Positions 13,206 through 24,827 of a stretch of DNA of 64,000 bases are shown here, piece after piece. The notes below the pieces were generated by a model, which ran no database searches, had not been told where the DNA came from, and saw nothing but the letters and a program-made list of their open reading frames with translations. The translations under genes and the position numbers were made by a program. Source of the stretch: the human T2T-CHM13v2.0 reference genome, Homo sapiens; NCBI RefSeq assembly GCF_009914755.1, contig NC_060942.1; one strand, written 5' to 3'. How positions within the stretch are numbered: the stretch's first letter is position 1; each line of letters starts with the position of its first letter.

Positions 13206-14418
13206 TGTTTTGAGAGCCCCCAGCTAAATTAGGGTTCCAATCCCAGACCTGCTAGCAACACTGTCCTAAAGGGAAATGAAGAGCAGCTGGACTTGGACTT
13301 GAATGTTTACAGTGTGACTCTCAGGGGATCCTGGTGGGATCCTTCTCCTCCCCGCCTCCCCGCCTCCCCGCCCCTGCCCCCCGCGCCCTGCGCTCCAATA
13401 TGGGGTCTCGCTCTGTAGCCCAGGCTGGAGTGCAATGGCGCTATATCTTCTCACCGCAACCTCCGCTTCCTGGTTTCAAGCGACTCTCCTGCCTCACCCT
13501 CCCTAGTAGCTGGGATTACAGGCATGTGCCACCACACCCGGCTAATTTTTCTGTATTTCCAGTAGAGACGGGGTTTCACCATGTTGCCCAGGCTGGTCTC
13601 AAACTCCTGGCCTCAGGTGATCCGCCCGCTTCGGCCTCCCAAAGTACTGGGATTACTGGCGTGACCCACTGCGCCCGGCAGGGATCCTTCTTTTACCTGG
13701 CAGACAGCCAGATGCCTAGTTGTCCTACCTGTGACGGGGAGGGGAAGAGAGGGCAGGGGTCCCTCAGACAGGTAATGTTTATGCTGACAGACACTCTTGT
13801 GGCTCTTGTCTGACCTGTGGCCAGTTTATGCCTGACTGACCATCATTCTGGCACTGGGAGCCAAACCATTTTTTCTCCTCGGTGTCCTGGAGAAAACCCG
13901 ATGTGGGGCAGCTCCTCGTATTTTAAATGGAAGACACCAATTCAAGGCACCACCATAACGGGAAACAAGTTCAAAGGTTTTTATGTACGGATCCTGGGCA
14001 GGGAGGGTGCGATGAGTCAGTGAAACAGTCCTTCATCCCCAAGTCACACAAGGCAGGAATGAAGAGTCAGAGAACAAAAAGAGCAAGTAGCACGTGGCAA
14101 CTAGTGTATATAAGGAGTAGGTTGTGGGTCACACCAAAGTATTGGGCAAATGCCTGAACAGTCTCTTTAAAGGAAAGAGCAGGAAGTGGGGAGCCCACTT
14201 TCTTTGGTTTAAGTTTAAAAACTTATTTTAACCAAAATAACAACCAAAAATGAGTTTTTGGTTAAAATAAGTGTTTTATTAAAATAAAAGTGGGAGAGGT
14301 GCTAAGTGGGAGAGGTACCTCTAAATTCTTATCTCTGACCACCAGATTGAGCCAATTAGGTGTGGTGTTCTACTACTAACGTGCAGTCAACAACTTTGGC
14401 TGTGCTATTCCCATTGCA
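13206..14418 (-). mobile_element. ERVL-class solo LTR (MER54/MER73/MER74 group), interrupted by an Alu
   Basis: TG...CA termini; perfect 5-bp TSD GAGTG at 13201-05 and 14419-23. The minus-strand end ...GGAACCCTAATTTAGCTGGGGGCTCTCAAAAACA matches the recalled MER74/MER54 3' end. Confidence 0.75.
13347..13680 (-). mobile_element. AluS SINE with a GC-rich tract in place of the poly(A) tail
   Basis: Alu body ~13399-13680; TSD GGGATCCTTCT at 13336-46 and 13681-91; 13347-13398 is C/G-rich rather than poly-T. Confidence 0.9.
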
Positions 14419-14509
14419 GAGTGGTACTGAACAATAGCATTATTAATCAGATTAGACCTTATGCAATCGTAGGAGCTGGCTGGGCATATCTTTGTAAGCC
14501 TGATGCTTT

Positions 14510-14510
14510 C

Positions 14511-14547
<37 letters not shown>

Positions 14548-14829
14548 CTGAGATGGAGTCTCGCTCTGTTGCCCAGAATGGAGTGCAGTGACGCTATCTC
14601 GGCTCACTGCAACTTCCGCCTCTTGGGTTCAAGCGATTCTTCTGCCTCAGCCTCCTGAGTAGCTGGGATTACAGGCGCGTGCCACCAGACCCAGCTAATT
14701 TTTGTATTCTTAGTAGAGACAGGGTTTCACCATGTTGGTCAGGCTGGTCTCAAACTCCTGACCTCGTGATTCGCCTGCCTCAGCCTCCCAAAATGCTGGG
14801 ATTACAGGCGTGAGCCACCATGCCCGGCC
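14510..14829 (-). mobile_element. AluS (Sc/Sg-like) SINE
   Basis: (TTTTC)n/poly-T tail and full dimer ending TGCCCGGCC; imperfect TSD CCTGATGCTTT/CCTGGTGCTTT. Confidence 0.92.
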
Positions 14830-15039
14830 ACCTGGTGCTTTTATGTCTTATGAACCTGAAGTTAGCAGAACCAGGGGCAGCAAAGAAAGATGGACATGAA
14901 GTGGGGGAAGCAAGATTCAGTAGGAATCCATGAGAGAAAATGAGAACTTGCCTGCCTCTCTCACCACCTCAAACCTCAGTAGTGCAAATGACTTACCAAA
15001 GAAACTGGTGGCTTCCCGTGGAACTGCACACACACCTAG

Positions 15040-15592
15040 TGATATAGTTTGGAGATTTGTCTCCATCCAAATCTCATGTTGAAATGTGTTTTCCAATGCT
15101 GGAGGTGAGGTCTGGTGGGAGGTGTTTGGGTCACAGGGTTGGTTCCCTCATGGCTTGGTGCTGTCTTTGTGACAGTGAGTGTGTTCATACAAGATTAGTT
15201 CTTATTTTATTAAAATAAAAGTGGGAGAGATGCTAAGTGGGGGAGATGCCTCTAAATTCTTATTCTGGCCACCAGCTTGAACTACTAAAGTGTGATGTTC
15301 TACTTCTAAGGTCCAGTCAGGAACCTTGGCTGTGTCATTTAAAAGTGTGTGGCACCTCCCCCCTCACTTTAGCTATCTCGCTTGCTCCTGCTTTTGCCAT
15401 ATGATGTACCTGCTCCCCTTTTGCCTTCCACTATGATTGTAATCTTCCTGAGGCCTCCCCAGAAGCCAAACAAATGCCAGCACCATGCTTCCTGTAAAGC
15501 CTGCAGAACCGTGAGTGAATTAAACCTTTTTTCTTTATAAAGTACCCAGTCTCAGATATTTCTTTATAGCAATGCAAGAAAGGCCTAGTACA
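15040..15592 (+). mobile_element. MST (MaLR) solo LTR carrying a ~135 bp foreign insertion
   Basis: TGATATAGTTTGG...TTTCTTTATAGCAATGCAAGAAAGGCCTAGTACA; perfect TSD CCTAG at 15035-39 and 15593-97. Confidence 0.85.
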
Positions 15593-15687
15593 CCTAGCCC
15601 TCAGCATAACCTTGGGCACACTTTGGCATTGCACACATTTATCATTTATGTTTCCAAAAAGGATGTGACATTCTAAACTCTCAGTTT

Positions 15688-16006
<319 letters not shown>

Positions 16007-16879
16007 TAGCCCATAAACACAAGCCCTTACAAAGGCTTATCTGAATCTGAAACAGCAAATTTGTGTAGTACTGTTTTGTTCCTCCTGATCATTTTCTCAT
16101 CTGAAGACAAAAGCCTAAATTGTTTTAACTAACCCTGAGATTTGGGTCTTGTCTGCAAAACAGTGTTTTAAAGGATATATTAATTAGGGATTCACTTTCT
16201 ATCCATGGATATATGTGAGCTTTGGGGATAATACTAGCTCTTTGCTTTCATGTTGTTTTCAGATGGAATCCATTAGGAGTATCTGTCAATATTGTTCTGC
16301 ATCTGGGATCAAAATAGCTTTGTGCTGGTTTGGGTCCTGCTGAGTTGTAATCATTTGTAGCAGGGAAATGCATGACAAGCATTGATCTGAATGTATCAAT
16401 ATTAGTAAACAGTGATTTAAAAACACATTGAATTCAGGCAAAATGTCTTAGATCATGGAAAAGTCCTTTCCCAACACTGATTATAAAACATTATTGACAA
16501 GTGTCAGAGTTCCCATCAAGAATGTTCCTTGAGCAAATTTGGGTTTTAGCAAATTCATATCCAGATTTTCAAGGTTCACTAGAAATTGACCCCACAGCAC
16601 TTGTCTTTTAGTGGGTGTATAGAAACTGGAGTAAAACTGGAGAAGTGCAAGAACTCATGGACAGCAGAATTGTGGGTGTGATTAAATTTAGAAGATAGAG
16701 CAGTGCTGAAGAGGACATTCTAAGAGAAAAGTGAATGGTTGGTAGAAAATAGGATTAATAACCTAGGTTATATTATTAATAAAAATAAACTCTTGAAGAA
16801 ATAACACTGGTGCTTTGTTTTCCAAAGCCTTCCACAAATAGGTTCAAATATATAGAATTAGAAATGTCAAGTAGGAAAT

Positions 16880-18080
16880 AAGTATCAAAACAGAGGGAAT
16901 TTTAAAAATCATATGAAAATAGTTTGTACAACTCCATATAAGTACATTTGAATTCCTAGATGAAATGGTTAATATTCTATAACATTTCAGCTTTACAAAA
17001 CTGACCTAAGAAAAAACAGGATTAAATGGACCAATTACCGAAGAAAACAGAAGATAATTCAGAAAACAGTCCCAGACAAAATCACCAGGACAACGTGGTT
17101 TTACATAGAATTTTTTTCTGACATTTAAAAATCAGATAATCCCAAGAATACATGAACTATTTCAGAGCACAGAAATGATGGAAACATTTTACGTTCTATG
17201 AAGTTAATATAATGCAAAGGTCAAAACCACAGATTGTTTCAAAAACAAGACAAATTTTACTTATGAATACCAATTTTTAAAATTAGATAAAATATAAGAA
17301 ACAGAACCCAACAGCACATTAAAAATGATACATCATGAACAAGTAAAATTTATTTCAGAAATGTAAAGATGATTCTACATAAGGAAATCCATTAAAATCC
17401 AGCTAAGGAGAAAAATCAGAAGATCATCTCAATAGAGGAAGAAAGTGCAATTGACAAATTTAATATCTACTCATGTTAAAAGCAGCCAGCATGTTGCTTA
17501 ATGGGAAAACACTAAAAAAATTTTCAATTAAAATCAGAAACAAAGAAGTCTAATCCTCACTGCTACTCTTTAATTTTATAATAGAGGTATTGGCCAGTGA
17601 AAGTGGATAAGAAAACACAAATAGAAGCATAAGAATTTGAGAGGAAGACCTAAAGCTCTATTAAGAAAGGATATGATTGTACATCTAGAAAATTCAAAAT
17701 AATAAATTGAAAAACCATTAAACATATGAAAACATACTTTGATTTGTTGTAAGTGAAATATAGGTTAAAACATCATTAACACATGATTTCAGACCTATCT
17801 AATTCTTAAAAAGCCAACTTAACAACCTTCTGTATAGATATACACCATGCCAACTGTGGTAAGGTTGAGAGATCTTGTTCTACAGATATGTATTGAATTA
17901 TTTATGAAAAAACATTATGATGTCTTACATTTGCGTCAAAATAATCTGGTAGGTGGAGAGTTATAGGGCAGATGAAAGAAGAATGGCCATATATTGATAA
18001 TTTAGAAGCTGAGTGATCGATTATACTATTCTCTCAAATTTAGTATATGTTTGAAATTTTCCACAATAAAAAGTGAAAGA
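16880..18080 (+). mobile_element. Old L1M ORF2/3'UTR fragments
   Basis: A-rich, L1-like segments (cctagatgaaatgg, gatcatctcaatagaggaagaaagtgcaattgacaaatt, gatatgattgtacatctagaaaattc, gtatatgtttgaaattttccacaataaaaa). Boundaries approximate. Confidence 0.65.
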
Positions 18081-18701
18081 ATATTCATATAGTTTCAAAA
18101 GATGCAACTAAACTAAGCCAAAGGCAAAAATGTTATTTAGAGAAAAAGTAATTTTTTGGTTGATGTTAATTTATATTTGCAATTTGATCTGAAACCTTTC
18201 ATATGGGCACTCATCAATTAATTCTAAATAGTCTTTAAGAAGAGTTGAAATAAAAATTAACTGCCTTCCTAATAGAACAAAATGCTAAAAAAAATACACT
18301 AAAGAAGCTTCCCCTTCCCTCAGAAACGTGCCTTCTGTTCTCTTGGTAGTCTGCAGGTCCTTAGAGTACTTTAGCCACCCATAGTTTAATTCTAACCTTC
18401 AGGACATAAATGTGGTTACGGGAACGAATATTTCATAGTCAATTAGTGGGAACCACCCTGAGGCTATCATTCAGACAGTGAAGTGCTTGCTGTGAGAGTT
18501 CCAGATCTGAAAATGTACCTACTAAAGCCTGACATAACCCAATCCAACAAAGATAAATGAGGAAATATTAAACATCTGCTTATCTTGTGCTTGACAGCTT
18601 TATTTTACTGAAACTCTGTACACGGAATGCAAAGAAATATGGCTGATACCTTATCTGCCTAATATTTTGAGCTTTCCGAAGTGTCTTAAGAATACTAAAT
18701 T

Positions 18702-18963
<262 letters not shown>

Positions 18964-19277
18964 TTAAGTTGGTTTCTGTTAATTTAATACATTAAAGTCA
19001 CAGGTTCATAGCTTGTCAAGGCATTCTTGAGACTTATCCAGTAGACTGGCAAAGAGCACCAAAGTTTGTGTGGGTAATTCCAAATGTGGAGTAGCCATCA
19101 ACACGTAACTGTAGCATTTGCCAAGCTCCCCACTGGCGAGCAAGGAGTATATCCTCAGAGCCATGCAAAATGCCATGCAAGTGAGAGGTGGTGATGAGAG
19201 TATGTTAGATGGCAAATGGATGCTTATACGGAGGAGCCCAGTTCTCTGAGCCCTGACCTATTCAACCGACAGCTTTA

Positions 19278-19745
<468 letters not shown>

Positions 19746-20770
19746 TCAGGAAGCTAGACCTGGAAAGCAATACAGTGAGTCTTTAATCTAAATACTTACC
19801 TCATTGATAAGAAGGGAGAATCCAAGTCCTTGCACTCGGATGGACACCACTTCCACAAATGGCTCATGAGATTAATTTCATTAATCATGACATTTGCATG
19901 GCTGCAGATAGCTTAAATAAATTTATACACTCAACAAATATGTATTGAGCTCCTTCTATATGGCAGCCACTGAGCTGAGCTCTGTGGATCCAGCAGTAGA
20001 CAAAAGAGATCAAGTTTCTGTGCTAATGGAACTTACATTAAACAAAAATAGCAGGAGCTGAGAGATAGAGTGGGGAAGAGTGAATCCATGAGCAACTTCA
20101 TTTGAGATATTCTAGCTATGGAAATTCTGTTTCTGCATATATCCAGGATAAAATTCCCTTTCCATATAAAATAAAAATATTCCTACTTTGTTTCTAACAC
20201 AATTTGTATTTCAAATTATAATAATAATCTTGGATTTTCCTTCTCTGTATATGACTTCTCATCCAAAAACTGAGGAGCTAGACCACCTGATTACTTGAAT
20301 TCCTTTTTACCTTTACGACTCTTCATTAAACAGAGCCTCATGGGTGTGATACATTTCAGTTCTTTTCCCTACTCTTTTTAGCCCCTTGCCTTCCCATGAA
20401 GGGCTTGTCTGTATCTAAAAGTCCTCCTGGTTCTTGTGGTACAGCTTGTGATACCACGATAAAGACTAAGTGAGATGCATTTCCTGAAACACTGCAGTCT
20501 TCTGGCCTTTTCTTCCCTTTTATATCCACAGAACCAAGAACCAGCAAGACCATCAGTCATTGTACAGGAATAAACAATACTGTTAAACTTGTCAGCCTTT
20601 TGATCCTTCCCACATCATTTTTTTTAGCCCAGTTCTAGGAAAATTTGCCAAGGCTTTTTTTTTATGGTGTTGTATTTGCCATGCCAACAACCAACAATAG
20701 AATATTGAGGCTATATGATTTTAGGACTCAAAAAAATCACATAATAATAAAAAGAGGAGCTGAGCCAAAT

Positions 20771-20772
<2 letters not shown>

Positions 20773-20820
<48 letters not shown>
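20773..20820 (+). repeat. (TG)24 microsatellite followed by a GA-rich tract
   Basis: Read directly from the sequence. Confidence 0.97.
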
Positions 20821-20822
<2 letters not shown>

Positions 20823-22063
20823 TGTGTTGACAGAGACAGACATAGACAGAGTGAGAGAGAGAGGAGAGTAGTGATATAAAAAATAAGAAATAAAATTCAT
20901 TTTTGAAAGGAGCTTAGAAGTGAACTATCTCATACCTAGCTTAATATGTCAAATAGCCTATTGGAAAAATAAAGATTTTTCCACAGTGCCAAGCTTTGCA
21001 TTCATTTCAGGTGGAATTTGTGTTAAATGTCAGGAAGTGTCCAGCACCCTTCACTTATAGAAAAGAGGCAATGTGGGCCACAGTGGAATTGATTTGTGTT
21101 AGCCTGGATTGTTCACTCTGGATTAGACTTTGACTGGGAGGTGGCACCAGTATTGCCCCAGGCAGGTTTATGTACAAAAGACAGAGAACAGTCTGGCTGC
21201 CAATCAGGAAAACATGATAGGTCGTGTAGTTAGCAAGTGGTAATAGTCTCATTCTACAAGTGGGAAGTAATCTCCCATGCTATGGTCCTGTATCTCCTCT
21301 CCTCATGTCTAATTCCCCTCCACGCTATAAGGTTAAATGCAAATTTTCCTTCCTCTGCCGTCTTCTTGGATCACTGCAGTCCCTGAAGACACTGTTTTGT
21401 TTGAATTGAAAACACAACCAGGATTTGACTCATTTATCAATTAATCATTCTACCTTGCAAAATTACGTTGTATTTTCTCAGATCCTTATTTCACTTTTAA
21501 GTAATTCAGACCTTGTCAGAAGCTAGACTAGAACTTCCATTTTTAAAATTTTCATCTTTGGGCCTGACACTACGTATTGAAGACATTTAACTAGATTTGC
21601 TCATGACTTAGTGTTTCTTGAGACTGTCACGCATTCATACACACACACTTGCTAAAAAAAAAAAAAAAAGTTAGCTTTAAGCAAAATTTTAAAGTATGTA
21701 GATGTGTCTTATTGACTCCATTCTTTTCACTTTTTCTGGGAGCCACGAAATCCAATGTCTTCAATTTCACACCCCCACTGCAAAAACTGCTAAAAAAATT
21801 AAGGCTTTTGCCTAGGGAAGAATTTGGCTTTAGTTACTAATATCTTGTAATAAATTTAAGCACTTTCTTTTTTCTGAAAATTAACAGTTTCATCCAATTC
21901 TACTAGTGAAATGACAAACATTATCACCCTCCAAAATAGTTTTACATGAGCAAGTTTAGGGGAAGAGGGAAAAAGGTAGAGTGATGGTGATAACAGACCT
22001 TAAGTGTGGGGGGAAATCATACTATGGCAGAAAACTTCTCTAGCTATCTATTTGGGTTGACTA

Positions 22064-22428
<365 letters not shown>

Positions 22429-23048
22429 ATATTTTTTTGGAGAATCTGAGAAACCAGTCCATTCTTGGCAGTCACACAAAATAGACATTTTCCAATGTCT
22501 GTATTGGAATAATTGAGACATGTGTATCCTTCATGGCAATAATTGAGACATGTGTATCCTTTTATTAAGGAAGACGGGTCTTGATGGGTGCTATGGATCT
22601 CTTCCTAAGAAATGATTATGCTTTGTCTAGATTTTTTTTTTTTTGAGAACATCCATGGTCAGCAAAAATCCATCCAGAGAGCTCTGCTAGTGAAGAAAGT
22701 GTGTTATATGGCAGGAAAGCTTTAGAGCAAAAGTATGAATTTGCAGCTTTAAAAACATCCTACCTCAAAAAGCATTAATTCATGAAAGAAACATACATTC
22801 ATAATAAAGTATAACGTAAAGCAATGCAAATATTCCAAATGATATAATGATACTGGATTATTTGATGAGTACCTCATTCTATTCTTCATTATTATTTACC
22901 CAAAGACGCAAAAGTTTTCAGTTTTGATTGGTGACTAAAGTAACAATATAAAAACAAAAAATTGTTTTAATTTTTTGTACATGTACATGTACCAATTTTT
23001 TTACACATAAAAAGTTATTAGAATTATCTAGTGATTTTAGATATGTCC

Positions 23049-23425
23049 TCTATTAGTCCATTTTCATACTGCTATAGAGAACTGTCCAAGACTAGGTAAT
23101 TTATAACAGAAAGAGGTTTAATTGACTCACAGTTTAGCGTGGCTGGGGAGTCCTCAGGAAACTTACAATCATGGCGGAAGGTGAAGAGAAAGCTAGGCAC
23201 CTTCTTCACAAGGCAGCCGGAGAGAGAGAGATAGCAAAGGGGGAAGAGCCCCTTATAAAACCATCAGATCTCATGAGAACTCACTCACTATCATGAGAAC
23301 AGCATGGGGGAAACCACCCCCATGATTCAATTACCTCCACCTGGTCTCTCCCTTGACATGTGGGGATTATGGGGATTACAATTCAAGATGAGATTTGAGT
23401 GGGGACACAAAGCCTAACCATATCA
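23049..23425 (-). mobile_element. THE1 (THE1D-like) MaLR solo LTR
   Basis: TATTAGTCCATTTTCATACTGCTAT...GCCTAACCATATCA; perfect TSD TGTCC at 23044-48 and 23426-30. Confidence 0.88.
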
Positions 23426-24047
23426 TGTCCATAGAATAGGCTGTTGTTGAAATTTAATTTTGATTACCCCAGAATGCTTCAAGAATACAGTGTTTTCTGA
23501 ATCTTCAGAGGTGGAGAAGTCTTCCTCCCTGTCACATAATACTGAGATAAACCTTTGCATTCTAGAAAAATCTTCATAGGCCTTCCTTTACATGAGATAT
23601 GACAAACCCATTTCAATTAATATAGCCCATGATTCAGGAAGTTGTACCGAGCAGTAAATTATTTTGCTCAACTCAGGAGTGGAGATTTCACCAAGTAGGT
23701 AATTGTGTCATTCAAATACATGTCCTGGTATTCTCGGTGTTACCGGTACAGGATTAAAGCTTGTCATGTCAGTTGTTAAATGTTTTAAATTAAAAAGGAA
23801 TAATTTGTATACAGATTATATAGAAGGCTCATCCTGCATGGATAGATGCAAAACTTATCCCTCTGCTTTTTTATTCCATTATCTGTCTATAAGTGATGTC
23901 TCTCTGTAGGATATCTGCATCGTCTTGGACTGGGTTTTCTGTTCCCTGTGACTCTCTCCTCTTCCTAATACCATCCTCTAATCCCAAATGCACTGGTTTT
24001 AAAACACAAGTCTATAACTTTTTACTTTAAGTTCTACTATTGCTGTG

Positions 24048-24409
24048 TTATATGGTTTGGCTGTGTCCCTACCCAAATGTCATCTTGAATTGTGGTTCCC
24101 ATAATCCCCATGTTTCATGGGAGGGACCCAGTGGGAGGTAATTTAATCCTGGGGGCATTTATCCTCATGCTGCTCATGTTTTTTCATGATAGTGAGTTCT
24201 CACAAGATCTGATGGTTTTATAAGGGGCTTACCCCTTTGCTGAGCTCTCATTCTCTCTCTTGCCACCCTGTGAAGAGATTCCTTCTGCAATGATTGTAAG
24301 TTTCTTGAGGCCTCCCCAGCCATGTGGAACTATGAGTCAAACCTCATTCCTTTATAAACTATCCAGTCTCAGGCAGTTCTTTACAGCAGCATGAGAACAG
24401 ACTAATGCA
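24048..24409 (+). mobile_element. THE1 (THE1D-like) MaLR solo LTR, sense to RAB27B
   Basis: TATGGTTTGGCTGTGTCCCTACCCAAAT...GAGAACAGACTAATGCA; perfect TSD CTGTG at 24043-47 and 24410-14. Confidence 0.88.
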
Positions 24410-24674
24410 CTGTGGCAATTGATATTTTGCATATTTTTCCGTATTAGGTGATATGTGGTAAAAAGATTTGTACTGAGTAAAACATTAGATGTGCCTTCAC
24501 CCCTAAAGCTGCTTTGATCAAGTTAATTTCAAATATGGCAGAATAGAGGTATTCAACTTTTTAACCCTGAAAATTAAATTTATGTCATATTTTGATATAA
24601 AGCAAAGGAAAATCAACTTTAATCAAAACATACTTGTTTTCCCTCTCCTATACAGACCGACCAAGACCATCACT

Positions 24675-24827
24675 ATGACCGATGGAGACTATGATTATCT
24701 GATCAAACTCCTGGCCCTCGGGGATTCAGGGGTGGGGAAGACAACATTTCTTTATAGATACACAGATAATAAATTCAATCCCAAATTCATCACTACAGTA
24801 GGAATAGACTTTCGGGAAAAACGTGTG
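24675..24827 (+). CDS. RAB27B: RAB27B (Ras-related protein Rab-27B), first coding exon; the exon begins at 24656 with 19 nt of 5'UTR
   Basis: Acceptor ...ctcctatacAG|accga at 24654-55, ATG at 24675, donor GTGAGT at 24828. Translates [51 protein letters not shown] (P-loop GDSGVGKT, switch I TVGIDF). 153 nt, phase 0. Confidence 0.98.

Noticed and set aside
13334-13813. 159-aa ORF, and similar ORFs at 5403, 15749, 18748, 19275, 48168 and 62768
   Set aside because: These are translations of antisense Alu sequence ([11 protein letters not shown]..., [10 protein letters not shown]...), a classic artefact, with no splice or coding support.
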